Source of the DNA: an uncultured Clostridia bacterium
GTDB taxonomy: Bacteria > Bacillota > Clostridia > Christensenellales > UBA1242
DNA: 64,000 nt
Reading direction: 5' to 3'
Assembly (NCBI GenBank): GCA_944383385.1
Contig: CALWPI010000002.1
Coordinates: forward strand, 4,171-68,170
Shown here: positions 25,468 through 35,284 of the stretch, in pieces
How the letters are laid out: the number at the start of each line of letters is the position of its first letter
Position numbering within the stretch: position 1 is the first letter of the stretch
Program-made: the position numbers and the translations under genes
The notes under the pieces: model-generated
Databases searched by the model: none
Told to the model about the DNA's origin: nothing
The model's input: only the letters and a program-made list of their open reading frames with translations

Positions 25468-26694
25468 CTATATTTCTTCTAATTTTTTGTATTCTGCTTG
25501 TCCAGTTGACATATCTTTGATAGACAATTTGCCAGACTTTTTCTCATCTTCGCCAATTGTTATTGTGTATTTTGCATTTATTTTGTTTGCATACTTAAAT
25601 TGTGCTTTGACACTACGTTCTAACAAATCAAAATCTACGTTGTATCCCTTCTCTCGCAAATATTTTACTACTTGCAAAGTATATGGATTGTCTACCATGC
25701 TCACAACAAAATAATCGACATTTTCGTTGTTTTCAATATTCTTACCTTTGGCTTCAACATAATTTAACAATCTTTCTATACCTATACCAAATCCCACAAC
25801 AGGAGTTGGTTTCCCACCAAGGTCGCCTACAAGATTATTGTATCTACCACCTGCACCGAGTGCACTTTGTCCAAGAGTTTTATCAGTATCATAAAATTCA
25901 AATACTAAATTTGTGTAATAGTCAATACCTCTAACAAGCCTGTCATCTACTTCATATTTTATCCCAACGCTATCGAGCAAACTCAAAATATTATTAAACT
26001 TTGCTTTGCATTCATCACAAACACAATCAAGCAGTCTTGGTGCGCCTTTTGTAATGTCCTTGCAAGAAGCAACCTTGCAATCTAGAATCCTTAATGGGTT
26101 CTTTTCATAACGCACTCTACAATCTTCGCACATTTCATGCAAATGTGGCTTGTAATATTCTTTCAATTTTTCTATATAATTTGAACGGCATTTTTCACAA
26201 CCCAAAGTGTTGAGTCTAACTATTGGTTCGACACCAAATTGTTTATAAAAATCCATAGCAATTGATATTGCTTCAATGTCTGATACTGCTGTATCTGCTC
26301 CATACAGTTCGACACCAAATTGGTGGTGTTCACGCAGTCTGCCAGCTTGTGGTCTTTCGTATCTAAAACAACTTGTAATATAGTAGAGTTTTAGTGGTAA
26401 AGCGTCAGCATACAAACTATTTTCAATGACTGAACGAGCCACTCCGGCTGTTCCTTCTGGTTTCAGTGTAATACTACGGTCGCCTTTGTCTAGAAATGTG
26501 TACATCTCTTTGTTGACCATATCACTGCTCTCGCCCACTCCACGCACAAACAATTCCGTGTGCTCAAATGTAGGCGTTGCAATTTCTTTTAAGTTATATT
26601 TGCGTGCCAAAAGACGTGTCACATCATACACTTTGTGCCACTTAAAACTCTCTTTTGGTAATATATCTTTTGTTCCCTTTGGAATGTTTATCAT
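25468..26694 (-). CDS. hisS: Histidine--tRNA ligase
   Basis: 408 aa with GTKDILP, CFRYERPQAGRLREHHQFGVE and GGRYNNL motifs. Confidence 0.97.
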   Translation of the reverse strand: MINIPKGTKDILPKESFKWHKVYDVTRLLARKYNLKEIATPTFEHTELFVRGVGESSDMVNKEMYTFLDKGDRSITLKPEGTAGVARSVIENSLYADALPLKLYYITSCFRYERPQAGRLREHHQFGVELYGADTAVSDIEAISIAMDFYKQFGVEPIVRLNTLGCEKCRSNYIEKLKEYYKPHLHEMCEDCRVRYEKNPLRILDCKVASCKDITKGAPRLLDCVCDECKAKFNNILSLLDSVGIKYEVDDRLVRGIDYYTNLVFEFYDTDKTLGQSALGAGGRYNNLVGDLGGKPTPVVGFGIGIERLLNYVEAKGKNIENNENVDYFVVSMVDNPYTLQVVKYLREKGYNVDFDLLERSVKAQFKYANKINAKYTITIGEDEKKSGKLSIKDMSTGQAEYKKLEEI

Positions 26695-26706
26695 ACCTGC
26701 TCCAAA

Positions 26707-28038
26707 TTATAAAATGTATTTTTTCAAATCATATTTCTTAATTTTATCAGCAAACACTTTTTGTACATAAGGTTTGTCAATTGTAATATTGATGTCTGGT
26801 GTATCTCCACCAGCATTATAAGAAATGTCTTCGAGTAATGCTTCAAGTATTGTATGCAATCTTCTAGCCCCTATATTTTCGCTTGTTTCATTTTCTCGCT
26901 CTGCCATGTCAGCAATTTCATGCAATGCTTCGTCAGTATATTTTAGGTGAATGTGGTCTACTTCAAGCAATTTTACATACTGCATTGTAAGAGCATTTTT
27001 TGGTTGTGTCAAGATTTTGAAAAAGTCATCACTTCTAAGGTTGTTTAATTCAACACGAATTGGGAATCTTCCTTGTAACTCTGGTATCAAATCTTCGACC
27101 TTGCTTATGTGAAATGCTCCTGCTGCAATAAATAACATATAATCAGTCTTGACCATGCCATATTTGGTTTTTACAGTGCTACCTTCAACAAGTGGCAAAA
27201 TATCCCTTTGCACTCCTTCTCTACTGACGTCTGGACCTTTTCCTGTACTGCCACGCGTAGCAATCTTGTCTATTTCATCAATAAAGATAATGCCTTCTTG
27301 TTCTGCACGACGCACTATCTCGTCATTTAGTCTATCTTTGTCAATAAGTTTTGAACTTTCTTCTTCAACAAACATCGCTCTTGCTTTTTTGACAGTCATT
27401 TTCTTTGGTTTTCTACGGCCGTCAAACAATGCTCCAAGTCCTGCAAAAGGGTCTCCGTCCATTTCTGCTCCCATTGGTCCAACTGGTATTGCTCCCAATA
27501 CTTGTCCCATTGGATTGTCTTTTATCATAACTTCGACTTCTTCATCGTCAATTTTGCCACTCAAAATGTCTTGACGTATTTGTTCTTTTATCTCATCAAC
27601 CAACTTTGCAGGATTGTTGTCCTTGTATCTTGGATACAAAACATCAATTAGTCTATTTACAGCAATTTCATCTGCTTTGGTAGACACTTGTTTATTGAAT
27701 TCGTTTGTAACAATTCTTGCGCTTGCTTCGACCAAATCACGTACCATGCTCTCGCAGTCACGACCGACATAACCTACTTCTGTAAATTTTGTTGCCTCGA
27801 CTTTGACAAATGGCGCACTCACTAGTTTTGCAAGACGTCTTGCAATCTCTGTTTTACCGACACCCGTTGGTCCTTGCATGATAATATTTTTTGGAGTGAT
27901 TTCTTCTCTTAGTTCTTCACTCAACTGACTTCTTCTATAACGATTGCGCAATGCAATTGCCACTGCACGTTTTGCTTTGTCTTGACCAATAATATATTTA
28001 TCAAGTTCAGCAACAATTTCTTTTGGGGAATAATTCAT
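26707..28038 (-). CDS. hslU: ATP-dependent protease ATPase subunit HslU
   Basis: 443 aa. PKEIVAELDKYIIGQDKAKRAVAIALRNR, Walker A GPTGVGKTEIARRLA and IIFIDEIDK. Confidence 0.97.
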   Translation of the reverse strand: MNYSPKEIVAELDKYIIGQDKAKRAVAIALRNRYRRSQLSEELREEITPKNIIMQGPTGVGKTEIARRLAKLVSAPFVKVEATKFTEVGYVGRDCESMVRDLVEASARIVTNEFNKQVSTKADEIAVNRLIDVLYPRYKDNNPAKLVDEIKEQIRQDILSGKIDDEEVEVMIKDNPMGQVLGAIPVGPMGAEMDGDPFAGLGALFDGRRKPKKMTVKKARAMFVEEESSKLIDKDRLNDEIVRRAEQEGIIFIDEIDKIATRGSTGKGPDVSREGVQRDILPLVEGSTVKTKYGMVKTDYMLFIAAGAFHISKVEDLIPELQGRFPIRVELNNLRSDDFFKILTQPKNALTMQYVKLLEVDHIHLKYTDEALHEIADMAERENETSENIGARRLHTILEALLEDISYNAGGDTPDINITIDKPYVQKVFADKIKKYDLKKYIL

Positions 28039-28039
28039 A

Positions 28040-28588
28040 CTATATCTCCTCTATTGTGAAATGATGATTGGTAAATACACATATATCTGCTGTAATTTCC
28101 ATTGACTTTTCTGCAATCTCTCTTGCAGACAAATCAGTATTTCTAATAAGCGCTTCCGCAGCTGCAAAAGCAAAGTTGCCACCACTACCAATAGCACACA
28201 CTCCTTCTGCAAATTCGGATACTTCACCAGAACCACTCAAAACAAGCATTTGGTCTTTGTCAGCCACAATAATCAATGCTTCTAGTTGTCTTGCATATTT
28301 ATCTTCTCTAAATCCAAGTGCAATCTCGACTACACTTCTCATCAAATTGCCACTATATTTTTCAAGATTTTCTTCAAGTCTGTTTGATAGTGCAAATGCG
28401 TCACTGACTGCACCTGCAAATCCAATAATTACTTTGTCATTATAAATTCTACGAACTTTTTTTGCGTCATTTTTGAAAATAACAGAATTTTGCATTGTGA
28501 CCTGTCCGTCACCTGCAATGACAGTCTTTCCGTTGCGTTTGACGCCTAAAATTGTTGTTCCTCTCATTTGCTCCATATCTTTCTCCAT
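28040..28588 (-). CDS. hslV: ATP-dependent protease subunit HslV
   Basis: GTTILGVKRNGKTVIAGDGQVT contains the N-terminal nucleophile Thr region. The true start may be the ATG at 28576 (RBS GGAGAAAG); a short propeptide is implied. Confidence 0.93.
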   Translation of the reverse strand: MEKDMEQMRGTTILGVKRNGKTVIAGDGQVTMQNSVIFKNDAKKVRRIYNDKVIIGFAGAVSDAFALSNRLEENLEKYSGNLMRSVVEIALGFREDKYARQLEALIIVADKDQMLVLSGSGEVSEFAEGVCAIGSGGNFAFAAAEALIRNTDLSAREIAEKSMEITADICVFTNHHFTIEEI

Positions 28589-28630
28589 TTTGCTATGTGA
28601 GAATGTCTCCCACTTTTTAAGTATATCATA

Positions 28631-29938
28631 TTATTTATATTTTGATAATAGTTTTAGTGCATTTATTGCCCTTTCTGCCAATTTTTTATTTTTTTCTTTT
28701 TTATCTTTTATGACCACATCAAGGGGTGGCACAATACCCCAATTGCTGCTCATTGGTTGAAACGTCGTAGGTTCAGCTGTCGAAATGTAGTTTGGTAATG
28801 CACCTATCATTGTGTATCTACCAAAATCGACCAACTCATTGCCTTCAAGAAATTTTGCCATATTTATTCCACACACAAGACCACTTGAAATGCTTTCGAC
28901 ATATCCTTCAACGCCAGACAATTGACCTGCAATAAATATATTTGGATGGTTTTTTAGTTGATAAAATTTGTTTATTAGAGTTGGTGCATTTATATAATTA
29001 TTTTTGTGCATAACACCATATCGTACAAATTCTGCATTTTTGAGCGCTGGTATCATGCTAAACACTCTTTTTTGTTCACCAAAAGTAAGGTTGGTTTGAA
29101 ATCCAACCATGTTATATAAATTGTTTGTATTACTTTCTTTTCTCAACTGCAAAACAGCATAATAACTTTGTTTGGTAACTGGATGCCAAATACCTTTTGG
29201 TTTCATCGGTCCATAACGAAGAGCATCAACACCACGTTTTGCAAGTACTTCAACAGGCATACACCCTTCAAATACCTTATCATTTTCGAAATCTTTCAGT
29301 GTAACAGTTTGAGCATTTATTAGTTTGTTATAAAAGGCTAGATATTGCTCTTTGTCCAATGGACAATTGATATAATCACTTGTCCCTTTATTGTATCTAT
29401 CTGCAAAAAAGTAATGTTGGCTATCTAGACTATCAGCATCAATAATTGGTGCGACTGCATCAAAAAAATATAAATATTCTTGACCAAACAAATTTTTGAG
29501 TGCTTGACACAATTTATCGCTTGTTAGTGGCCCGGTTGCAATAATAGTTGGTATTGTGGTATCAATGTCACACACTTCTTCATTATGTATTGTAAGATTA
29601 GGAAATTCCTTTAATTTCTCTGTTACAAGAGTACTCAAAATATTTCTATCGACTGACAAAGCACTCCCCGAAGGCACTTTGCACTGGTCTGCACAAGATA
29701 TGACAATACTGTCAAGCATACGCAATTCTTCTTTTAGTAACCCACAAGCGTTTGTAATCTCGTTACTTTTTAGTGAATTGCTACAAACAAGTTCACAAAA
29801 AGTATCCAGTTTTTGCACTGGATTTTTTTTAATTGTTTTCATTTCATATAAGTGGACTTCATATCCTCGTGTCAAAAGTTGATAACAGGCCTCGCAACCT
29901 GCGAGACCTGCCCCAATTATGTTTACTCTATTTTTCAT
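28631..29938 (-). CDS. trmFO: Methylenetetrahydrofolate--tRNA-(uracil54-C5)-methyltransferase TrmFO
   Basis: I chose the start at MKNRVNIIGAGLAGCEA (FAD-binding motif). It has the usual position downstream of topA. The ORF-track extension overlaps the topA 3' end. Confidence 0.93.
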   Translation of the reverse strand: MKNRVNIIGAGLAGCEACYQLLTRGYEVHLYEMKTIKKNPVQKLDTFCELVCSNSLKSNEITNACGLLKEELRMLDSIVISCADQCKVPSGSALSVDRNILSTLVTEKLKEFPNLTIHNEEVCDIDTTIPTIIATGPLTSDKLCQALKNLFGQEYLYFFDAVAPIIDADSLDSQHYFFADRYNKGTSDYINCPLDKEQYLAFYNKLINAQTVTLKDFENDKVFEGCMPVEVLAKRGVDALRYGPMKPKGIWHPVTKQSYYAVLQLRKESNTNNLYNMVGFQTNLTFGEQKRVFSMIPALKNAEFVRYGVMHKNNYINAPTLINKFYQLKNHPNIFIAGQLSGVEGYVESISSGLVCGINMAKFLEGNELVDFGRYTMIGALPNYISTAEPTTFQPMSSNWGIVPPLDVVIKDKKEKNKKLAERAINALKLLSKYK

Positions 29939-32039
29939 CTTTCTTCTCATCATAATAAACGTAGTCACATTCTTTATTTAGACAGGTATACCTATTTTTA
30001 CCATAAACAGTTTTTACTGTCAAATAAGAATTGCACTTTGGACAACGAAGAGAAGTTGGTTGTTCCCAAGACACAAAATCGCATTTTGGATAATTTCTGC
30101 AACCCCAGAAAATTTTGCCTTTTTTGCTGTGTTTTTCTAGCACATCTCCACCACATTTTGGACATTTGGAGACGACCTTTTCTATACTTTTTATATTTTT
30201 GCATGCAGGATAATTTGAACATGCCATAAATTCGCCGTATTTTCCTGTTCTAATGACCATTGGTTTGCCACATTTTTCGCAAACTTCATTAGTTGGTTTT
30301 GGTTCTACTTTTACTTTGACACTATCCTTATCTGCCACCTCTAAAAGTTTTACAAAGTCTTTATAAAAGTTTTCAATGACAATATGCCAGTCTTCACCCT
30401 TTTCTGCAATATCATCTAATTGACTTTCCATATTAGCAGTAAACTTGACATTTATAATATCCTTGAAATATTTTTCAAGCAATTCAACAACAGAGAATCC
30501 AAGTTCTGTTGGCACTAACTCTTTACCATTTTTCTCTGTATAATTTCTGTTTGCTATAAGAGCAACAGTTGGTGCATAAGTTGCAGGACGACCAATTCCC
30601 TTGTCTTCCATTTCTTTAACAAGTGTTGCTTCGGTATATCTGCTTGGTGCTTTGGTAAACTTTTGTGTTGGAGTCAATTTCTTTATATCAAGCAATTCAC
30701 CTTTTTCAAGTTCTGGTACTTTGACATTTTCTCCTTCACTATCATCGCTGTCGCTACTTTCTTCTTTTTTCTTTTTATCATTATTATAAACAACTGTAAA
30801 TCCGTCAAATACAGGTGTCTTACCTGTTGTTCTAAAACTATAATCTCCTGACTCAATATCAACAACTACACTATTATAAGTACTATCTGCCATTTGGCAA
30901 GCAAGGAACTTGTTGTATATTAATTTATATAATTTATAGTTGTCTGCACTCAAAAACTCTTTGACACTCTCTGGCGTTCTATTTAGATTGATAGGACGAA
31001 TTGCTTCGTGAGCGTCCTGTGCGCTTTTCTTTGTCTTATAAACATTTGCTGCTGCTGGCAAGTATTTTTCGCCATATTTATCTAATATATATGACCTTGC
31101 CATTTTAATTGCTTCTGGTGCAATACGCACAGAGTCTGTTCTAATATAAGTGATGAGAGCAACCTTGCCTTCTCCCTTTAATTCAACACCTTCGTACAGT
31201 TGTTGAGCAGCCGCACTGGTTCTAGCAATTGACATACCCAATTTATTCAAAGCGTCTTGTTGCATTGTAGATGTTGTGTATGGTGGTGTTGGATGTGTAT
31301 GACCCACACTCTTTTTTACATTTGAAACAACCAAATCGTGATTTTTTATGTATTCAATCACAGTGTCCATTTGTTCTTTGTTGTTTATCTCTACTTTTTT
31401 ACCTTTATATTTAGATAGCAAAGATTTGAATTCTTCACTACTATTTTTCTTTGTAAATAATCCTTGCAAAGTCCAATACTCTTGTGGCACAAAAGCACGT
31501 ATCTCACGTTCTCTATCAACAATAAGTTTTAGTGTTGCAGATTGTACACGACCAGCAGAGAGTTTTGGTTGAATTTTCTTACAGATTATAGGAGATAGTT
31601 TATAACCCACAAGTCTATCAAGGACTCTTCTTGCTTGTTGTGCATTGACAAGATTTTGGTCAATTATTCTAGGTGATGCCATGCCACGTTCGACTGCATC
31701 GTGTGTAATTTCATTAAAAGTCACACGCACCTTTGCATCTGCTCCAAGTCCTAAAATGTGCGCAATATGCCAACTAATTGCTTCTCCTTCTCTATCAGGG
31801 TCAGTTGCAAGATATATTTTATCTGCTTTTTTTGACTTTTCTTTTAGCATATTTATAATTGCTTTTTTGTCAGGCTTGTTGACGTATATTGGTTCAAAAT
31901 GATTTTTGATATCAACTGCGAGCGAATTTGTAGGCAAATCTCTTATATGTCCTTTTGTTGCAACGACTTCAAAATCTTTGCCCAAATATTTCTTTATTGT
32001 ATCAGTTTTTCCCACACCTTCGATAATTACTAACTGCAT
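29928..32039 (-). CDS. topA: DNA topoisomerase I
   Basis: 703 aa with a TOPRIM N-terminus (LVIIEGVGK, ATDPDREGEAI), the active-site region TYIRTDS, and three C-terminal CxxC zinc ribbons. Confidence 0.98.
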   Translation of the reverse strand: MQLVIIEGVGKTDTIKKYLGKDFEVVATKGHIRDLPTNSLAVDIKNHFEPIYVNKPDKKAIINMLKEKSKKADKIYLATDPDREGEAISWHIAHILGLGADAKVRVTFNEITHDAVERGMASPRIIDQNLVNAQQARRVLDRLVGYKLSPIICKKIQPKLSAGRVQSATLKLIVDREREIRAFVPQEYWTLQGLFTKKNSSEEFKSLLSKYKGKKVEINNKEQMDTVIEYIKNHDLVVSNVKKSVGHTHPTPPYTTSTMQQDALNKLGMSIARTSAAAQQLYEGVELKGEGKVALITYIRTDSVRIAPEAIKMARSYILDKYGEKYLPAAANVYKTKKSAQDAHEAIRPINLNRTPESVKEFLSADNYKLYKLIYNKFLACQMADSTYNSVVVDIESGDYSFRTTGKTPVFDGFTVVYNNDKKKKEESSDSDDSEGENVKVPELEKGELLDIKKLTPTQKFTKAPSRYTEATLVKEMEDKGIGRPATYAPTVALIANRNYTEKNGKELVPTELGFSVVELLEKYFKDIINVKFTANMESQLDDIAEKGEDWHIVIENFYKDFVKLLEVADKDSVKVKVEPKPTNEVCEKCGKPMVIRTGKYGEFMACSNYPACKNIKSIEKVVSKCPKCGGDVLEKHSKKGKIFWGCRNYPKCDFVSWEQPTSLRCPKCNSYLTVKTVYGKNRYTCLNKECDYVYYDEKKDEK

Positions 32040-32051
32040 TATTACTCTCCA

Positions 32052-33158
32052 TTATTTGCTATAAATGTTGCCACCCGAAGTCTTGATTAGGCCTTTGAGT
32101 TGCAATCTCATAAGTTGTGTCATAAGTGTTTTAGCATCTAGTTTTGACTTTGACATTATCTCGTCTATATGTACATCATCATTACCAATTATGTCAAGTA
32201 TATTTTGTTCAGTTATGGTAACTTCGACGCTTGGTTGTTCGACATTTTTTGTAGAAAAATCTTTATGATATACTTTGAGTATATCATTTGGTTCTAGCAC
32301 CATTGCTCCTTGCAAATCTCTCAAAATTGCATTGCAACCAGCACTGTATATATCATTTATTCTACCCGGCACGACAAACAAATCACGACCATAATCAAGT
32401 GCATACTGTTTTGTGTGCATTGAGCCACTATTTAGTGTTGCTTCACATAACAAAACACCTTTTGAAAGTCCAGCTATTATTCGATTTCTTATTGGAAAAT
32501 GAAAGGCTTTTGGTTCGGTATTAGGCTTGTATTCACTCAAAATAAGTCCACCATTTGCAACAATATTTTTAGCAAGTTCAGTGTTGTTTGCAGGATAAAT
32601 ATGATTGACTCCACTGCCAAGAACAGCAATAGTTTTGCCACCTACTTCGAGAGCCGTTTTGTGTGATACCGTGTCAATACCGTCAGCGAGTCCGGACACA
32701 ATAACTAATCCAGATTTTGCAAGTACTGTCACAAACTTTTTGGTAACGTCACTGCCATATCTAGTCATACGTCTAGTACCCACAACAGATATACACTCTT
32801 TGTTTAGTAGTGATATATCGCCCTTGCAGTATAACACAAGTGGTGGTGTATCAATGTTTTTTAGTAATTCAGGATAATTATTTGAGACTAATGTAACAAC
32901 TTTGATTCCTAAATTTTCTAAATTAACAATATACTTTTCAATTACCTTATCTTCTACCAAATCGATTAATTGATTGTAGTGTTTTTCTCCAATTATTTCA
33001 ATGATATGACTTTTGTATCTAATAGTATCTTTATACAAAATTGTAGGGTCATCAAAAAGGTCAAGCAACATTTTCTGTTTCTTGTACCCAATATCTTCAA
33101 TATATGATATCCAAATATATGTTTTTTCAAGTTCTGTATAATTCATTATAAATTCCAA
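32052..33158 (-). CDS. dprA: DNA processing protein DprA (Smf)
   Basis: 368 aa with VVGTRRMTRYG and IVSGLADGIDTVSH motifs. An alternative start lies at 33146. Confidence 0.93.
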   Translation of the reverse strand: MEFIMNYTELEKTYIWISYIEDIGYKKQKMLLDLFDDPTILYKDTIRYKSHIIEIIGEKHYNQLIDLVEDKVIEKYIVNLENLGIKVVTLVSNNYPELLKNIDTPPLVLYCKGDISLLNKECISVVGTRRMTRYGSDVTKKFVTVLAKSGLVIVSGLADGIDTVSHKTALEVGGKTIAVLGSGVNHIYPANNTELAKNIVANGGLILSEYKPNTEPKAFHFPIRNRIIAGLSKGVLLCEATLNSGSMHTKQYALDYGRDLFVVPGRINDIYSAGCNAILRDLQGAMVLEPNDILKVYHKDFSTKNVEQPSVEVTITEQNILDIIGNDDVHIDEIMSKSKLDAKTLMTQLMRLQLKGLIKTSGGNIYSK

Positions 33159-34681
33159 TATTTATTATCTAAACTTCTATACGACAATGCTTCGATTATA
33201 TGATTTTCTTGTATATCCTTTGAATCATCTAGGTCAGCAATTGTTCTTGCTACTTTTAGTATTCTGCTATATGCTCTTGCTGACAAATGCAAAAGTTCGA
33301 ATGCACTTTTTAATATCTGTTGACAGTTTTCGTCAATTTGACAACATTGTCTCAACATTTTATCATCAATTTGACTGTTGCAACGAATATTTGTACCCAA
33401 AAATCTTTCACGTTGAATTTGTCTTGCTTTTACCACTCTTGCTTTTATATCCGCACTTGGTTCTTCCAATTTTTTTGTATTTAGGTCAGCATAAGATACG
33501 TTGTCGACTTCGACATGCATATCTATTCTATCCATTAGTGGTCCACTCAATTTTTTCAAATAATTATGTATTGCTTGTGGAGTGCACTTGCACTCTTTTT
33601 CTTTGCTACCATAGTTGCCACAAGGACAAGGGTTCATACTAGCAATCAAACTAAAACGTGCTGGATACTTAACACTCATTGCATTTCTAGAAATTGTAAT
33701 TTCTCCGTCTTCTAATGGTTGTCTCAAACATTCAAGAGTTGCACGAGAATATTCTGGTAATTCGTCAAGAAACAACACTCCATTGTTTGCAAGGCTAATT
33801 TCTCCTGGTTTTGCTTTTGCTCCACCACCAGCAATTGCAACTGTTGTCGCTGTGTGATGTGGACTCCTAAAAGGTCTTTTGCTAATAATACCGTCTTGCA
33901 AATTAAGTGTACCTGCAATACTATGTATTTTTGTCACTTCAAGCGCTTCGTCAAATGTCAAATCTGGAAGAATGGACGGAAAACATTTTGCAAGCATTGT
34001 CTTACCACTTCCTGGTGGCCCTACCATTAGAATATTGTGTCCACCAGCAGCTGCAATTTCAAGTGCCCTTTTTGCTTGCGTCTGTCCCATAACATACTTA
34101 AAATCATGCGTGTAAGTAGTATTATTGATAATGACATCATAATCTTTGTTATCAATCTTTGCAATATCTTCTTTGCCACACAAAAAATCAACAGCCTGTT
34201 TTAGAGACGTCACTGCATAAGCATTGATACCTTTTATATAACTTGCTTCTGCCATGTTTTCTTGTGGAATGATAAAATTGGTAAATCCGTTTTCTTTTGC
34301 AGAAATAAGTATTGGCAAAACGCCATTGACTTTGCACACATTACCATCTAGTGACAATTCTCCTACAATAATATATTTATCTAATTGTTTAGTATCAATT
34401 TGTCTAGTAGATTTTAGTACAGCAATTGCAATTGGCAAATCATACATTGGACTATCTTTTTTGATATCCGCAGGTGCTAGATTGCAAGTAATATTGGATA
34501 CAGGAAAAGAGTATCCACTATTTTTTATCGCACTCTTTACTCTTTCTTTGCTCTCTTTGATTGCTGTGCCTACAAGCCCAACAATTTCAAATTTGGGAAG
34601 ACCATTATTTACATCAACTTCGACTTTGACACTATATCCGTCAAGTCCGTTTAGTCCATAACTCTTTGTAATCGCCAGCAT
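33146..34681 (-). CDS. comM: YifB/ComM family Mg-chelatase-like ATPase
   Basis: I chose the start at MLAITKSYGLNG (RBS GGAGAG). Walker A is GPPGSGKTMLAK, followed by VLFLDELPE and a CxxC cluster PCPCGNYGS..C.C. Confidence 0.92.
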   Translation of the reverse strand: MLAITKSYGLNGLDGYSVKVEVDVNNGLPKFEIVGLVGTAIKESKERVKSAIKNSGYSFPVSNITCNLAPADIKKDSPMYDLPIAIAVLKSTRQIDTKQLDKYIIVGELSLDGNVCKVNGVLPILISAKENGFTNFIIPQENMAEASYIKGINAYAVTSLKQAVDFLCGKEDIAKIDNKDYDVIINNTTYTHDFKYVMGQTQAKRALEIAAAGGHNILMVGPPGSGKTMLAKCFPSILPDLTFDEALEVTKIHSIAGTLNLQDGIISKRPFRSPHHTATTVAIAGGGAKAKPGEISLANNGVLFLDELPEYSRATLECLRQPLEDGEITISRNAMSVKYPARFSLIASMNPCPCGNYGSKEKECKCTPQAIHNYLKKLSGPLMDRIDMHVEVDNVSYADLNTKKLEEPSADIKARVVKARQIQRERFLGTNIRCNSQIDDKMLRQCCQIDENCQQILKSAFELLHLSARAYSRILKVARTIADLDDSKDIQENHIIEALSYRSLDNKYWNL

Positions 34682-34711
34682 AATCTCTCCATAAAACTTA
34701 AAACTATTTTT

Positions 34712-34740
34712 AGTATACAATCAATCAAATTCTTTGACAA
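34712..34740 (-). promoter_or_regulatory. Sigma-A-type promoter of the comM-dprA-topA-...-trx gene string
   Basis: Minus strand: TTGTCA, 17-nt spacer, TATACT, about 30 nt before the comM ATG. Confidence 0.55.
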
Positions 34741-34783
34741 CCAAATTGGACACTATCAAAAATTTTTGAAAAACAAAATAAAA

Positions 34784-34812
34784 TAAAAAAAATCGCCTAT
34801 ACAAAGCGACTT
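34784..34812 (-). terminator. Weak intrinsic terminator after rplS
   Basis: The minus strand reads AGTCGC-loop-GCGATT (6 bp including one G.U) followed by TTTTTTTT. Confidence 0.5.
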
Positions 34813-34819
34813 TTTTATA

Positions 34820-35161
34820 TTATTTCTTTTCTTCAATTCTAGCACTTTTGCCTGAACGAGCACGTAGATAGTACAATTTTGCACGTCTAACTTTACCCTT
34901 CTTGACAACTTCGATATGGTCGATTCTTGGGCTATGTAGCAAGAATGTCTTTTCTACTCCAACACCATAAGAAACACGACGAACAGTAAATGTTTCACGA
35001 ACACTAGAATGTTTCTTTGCAATTACAACGCCTTCAAATACTTGAATTCTTTCTGTTGTTCCTTCAACAATTTTGACAAACACTTTGACAGTGTCACCAA
35101 CATTAAAATTGTCTACTGTTGCTTTTTGTCCTTCTTTTTCGATAGTATCAATAATATTCAT
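34820..35161 (-). CDS. rplS: 50S ribosomal protein L19
   Basis: 113 aa. [30 protein letters not shown] and RRAKLYYLR are L19 sequences. Confidence 0.98.
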   Translation of the reverse strand: MNIIDTIEKEGQKATVDNFNVGDTVKVFVKIVEGTTERIQVFEGVVIAKKHSSVRETFTVRRVSYGVGVEKTFLLHSPRIDHIEVVKKGKVRRAKLYYLRARSGKSARIEEKK

Positions 35162-35231
35162 AATGACTAACCTCCGTAAACTTTTTTATATGTTCAATGT
35201 GGCACTAACCATAGCGGAACATACGAGTCAC
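35162..35231 (-). promoter_or_regulatory. Structured 5' leader of rplS (candidate L19 autoregulatory leader)
   Basis: About 70-nt leader. The 5' AGUGACU can pair with AGUCAUU lying between the SD and the AUG. An AUGUUC/GAACAU stem encloses UGG-UUAGUG-CCA. The heptamer GGUUAGU occurs twice (in the loop and at the RBS). Confidence 0.35.
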
Positions 35232-35237
35232 TGCATA

Positions 35238-35266
35238 ATAATATCATATAATATTATATTTTTCAA
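35238..35266 (-). promoter_or_regulatory. Sigma-A-type promoter of rplS
   Basis: Minus strand: TTGAAA, 17-nt spacer, TATTAT. It is preceded by the 10-bp hairpin CAAGCATTTT/AAAATGCTTG, which overlaps the yraN stop. Confidence 0.55.
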
Positions 35267-35284
35267 GCATTTTTTTGACTTTTT

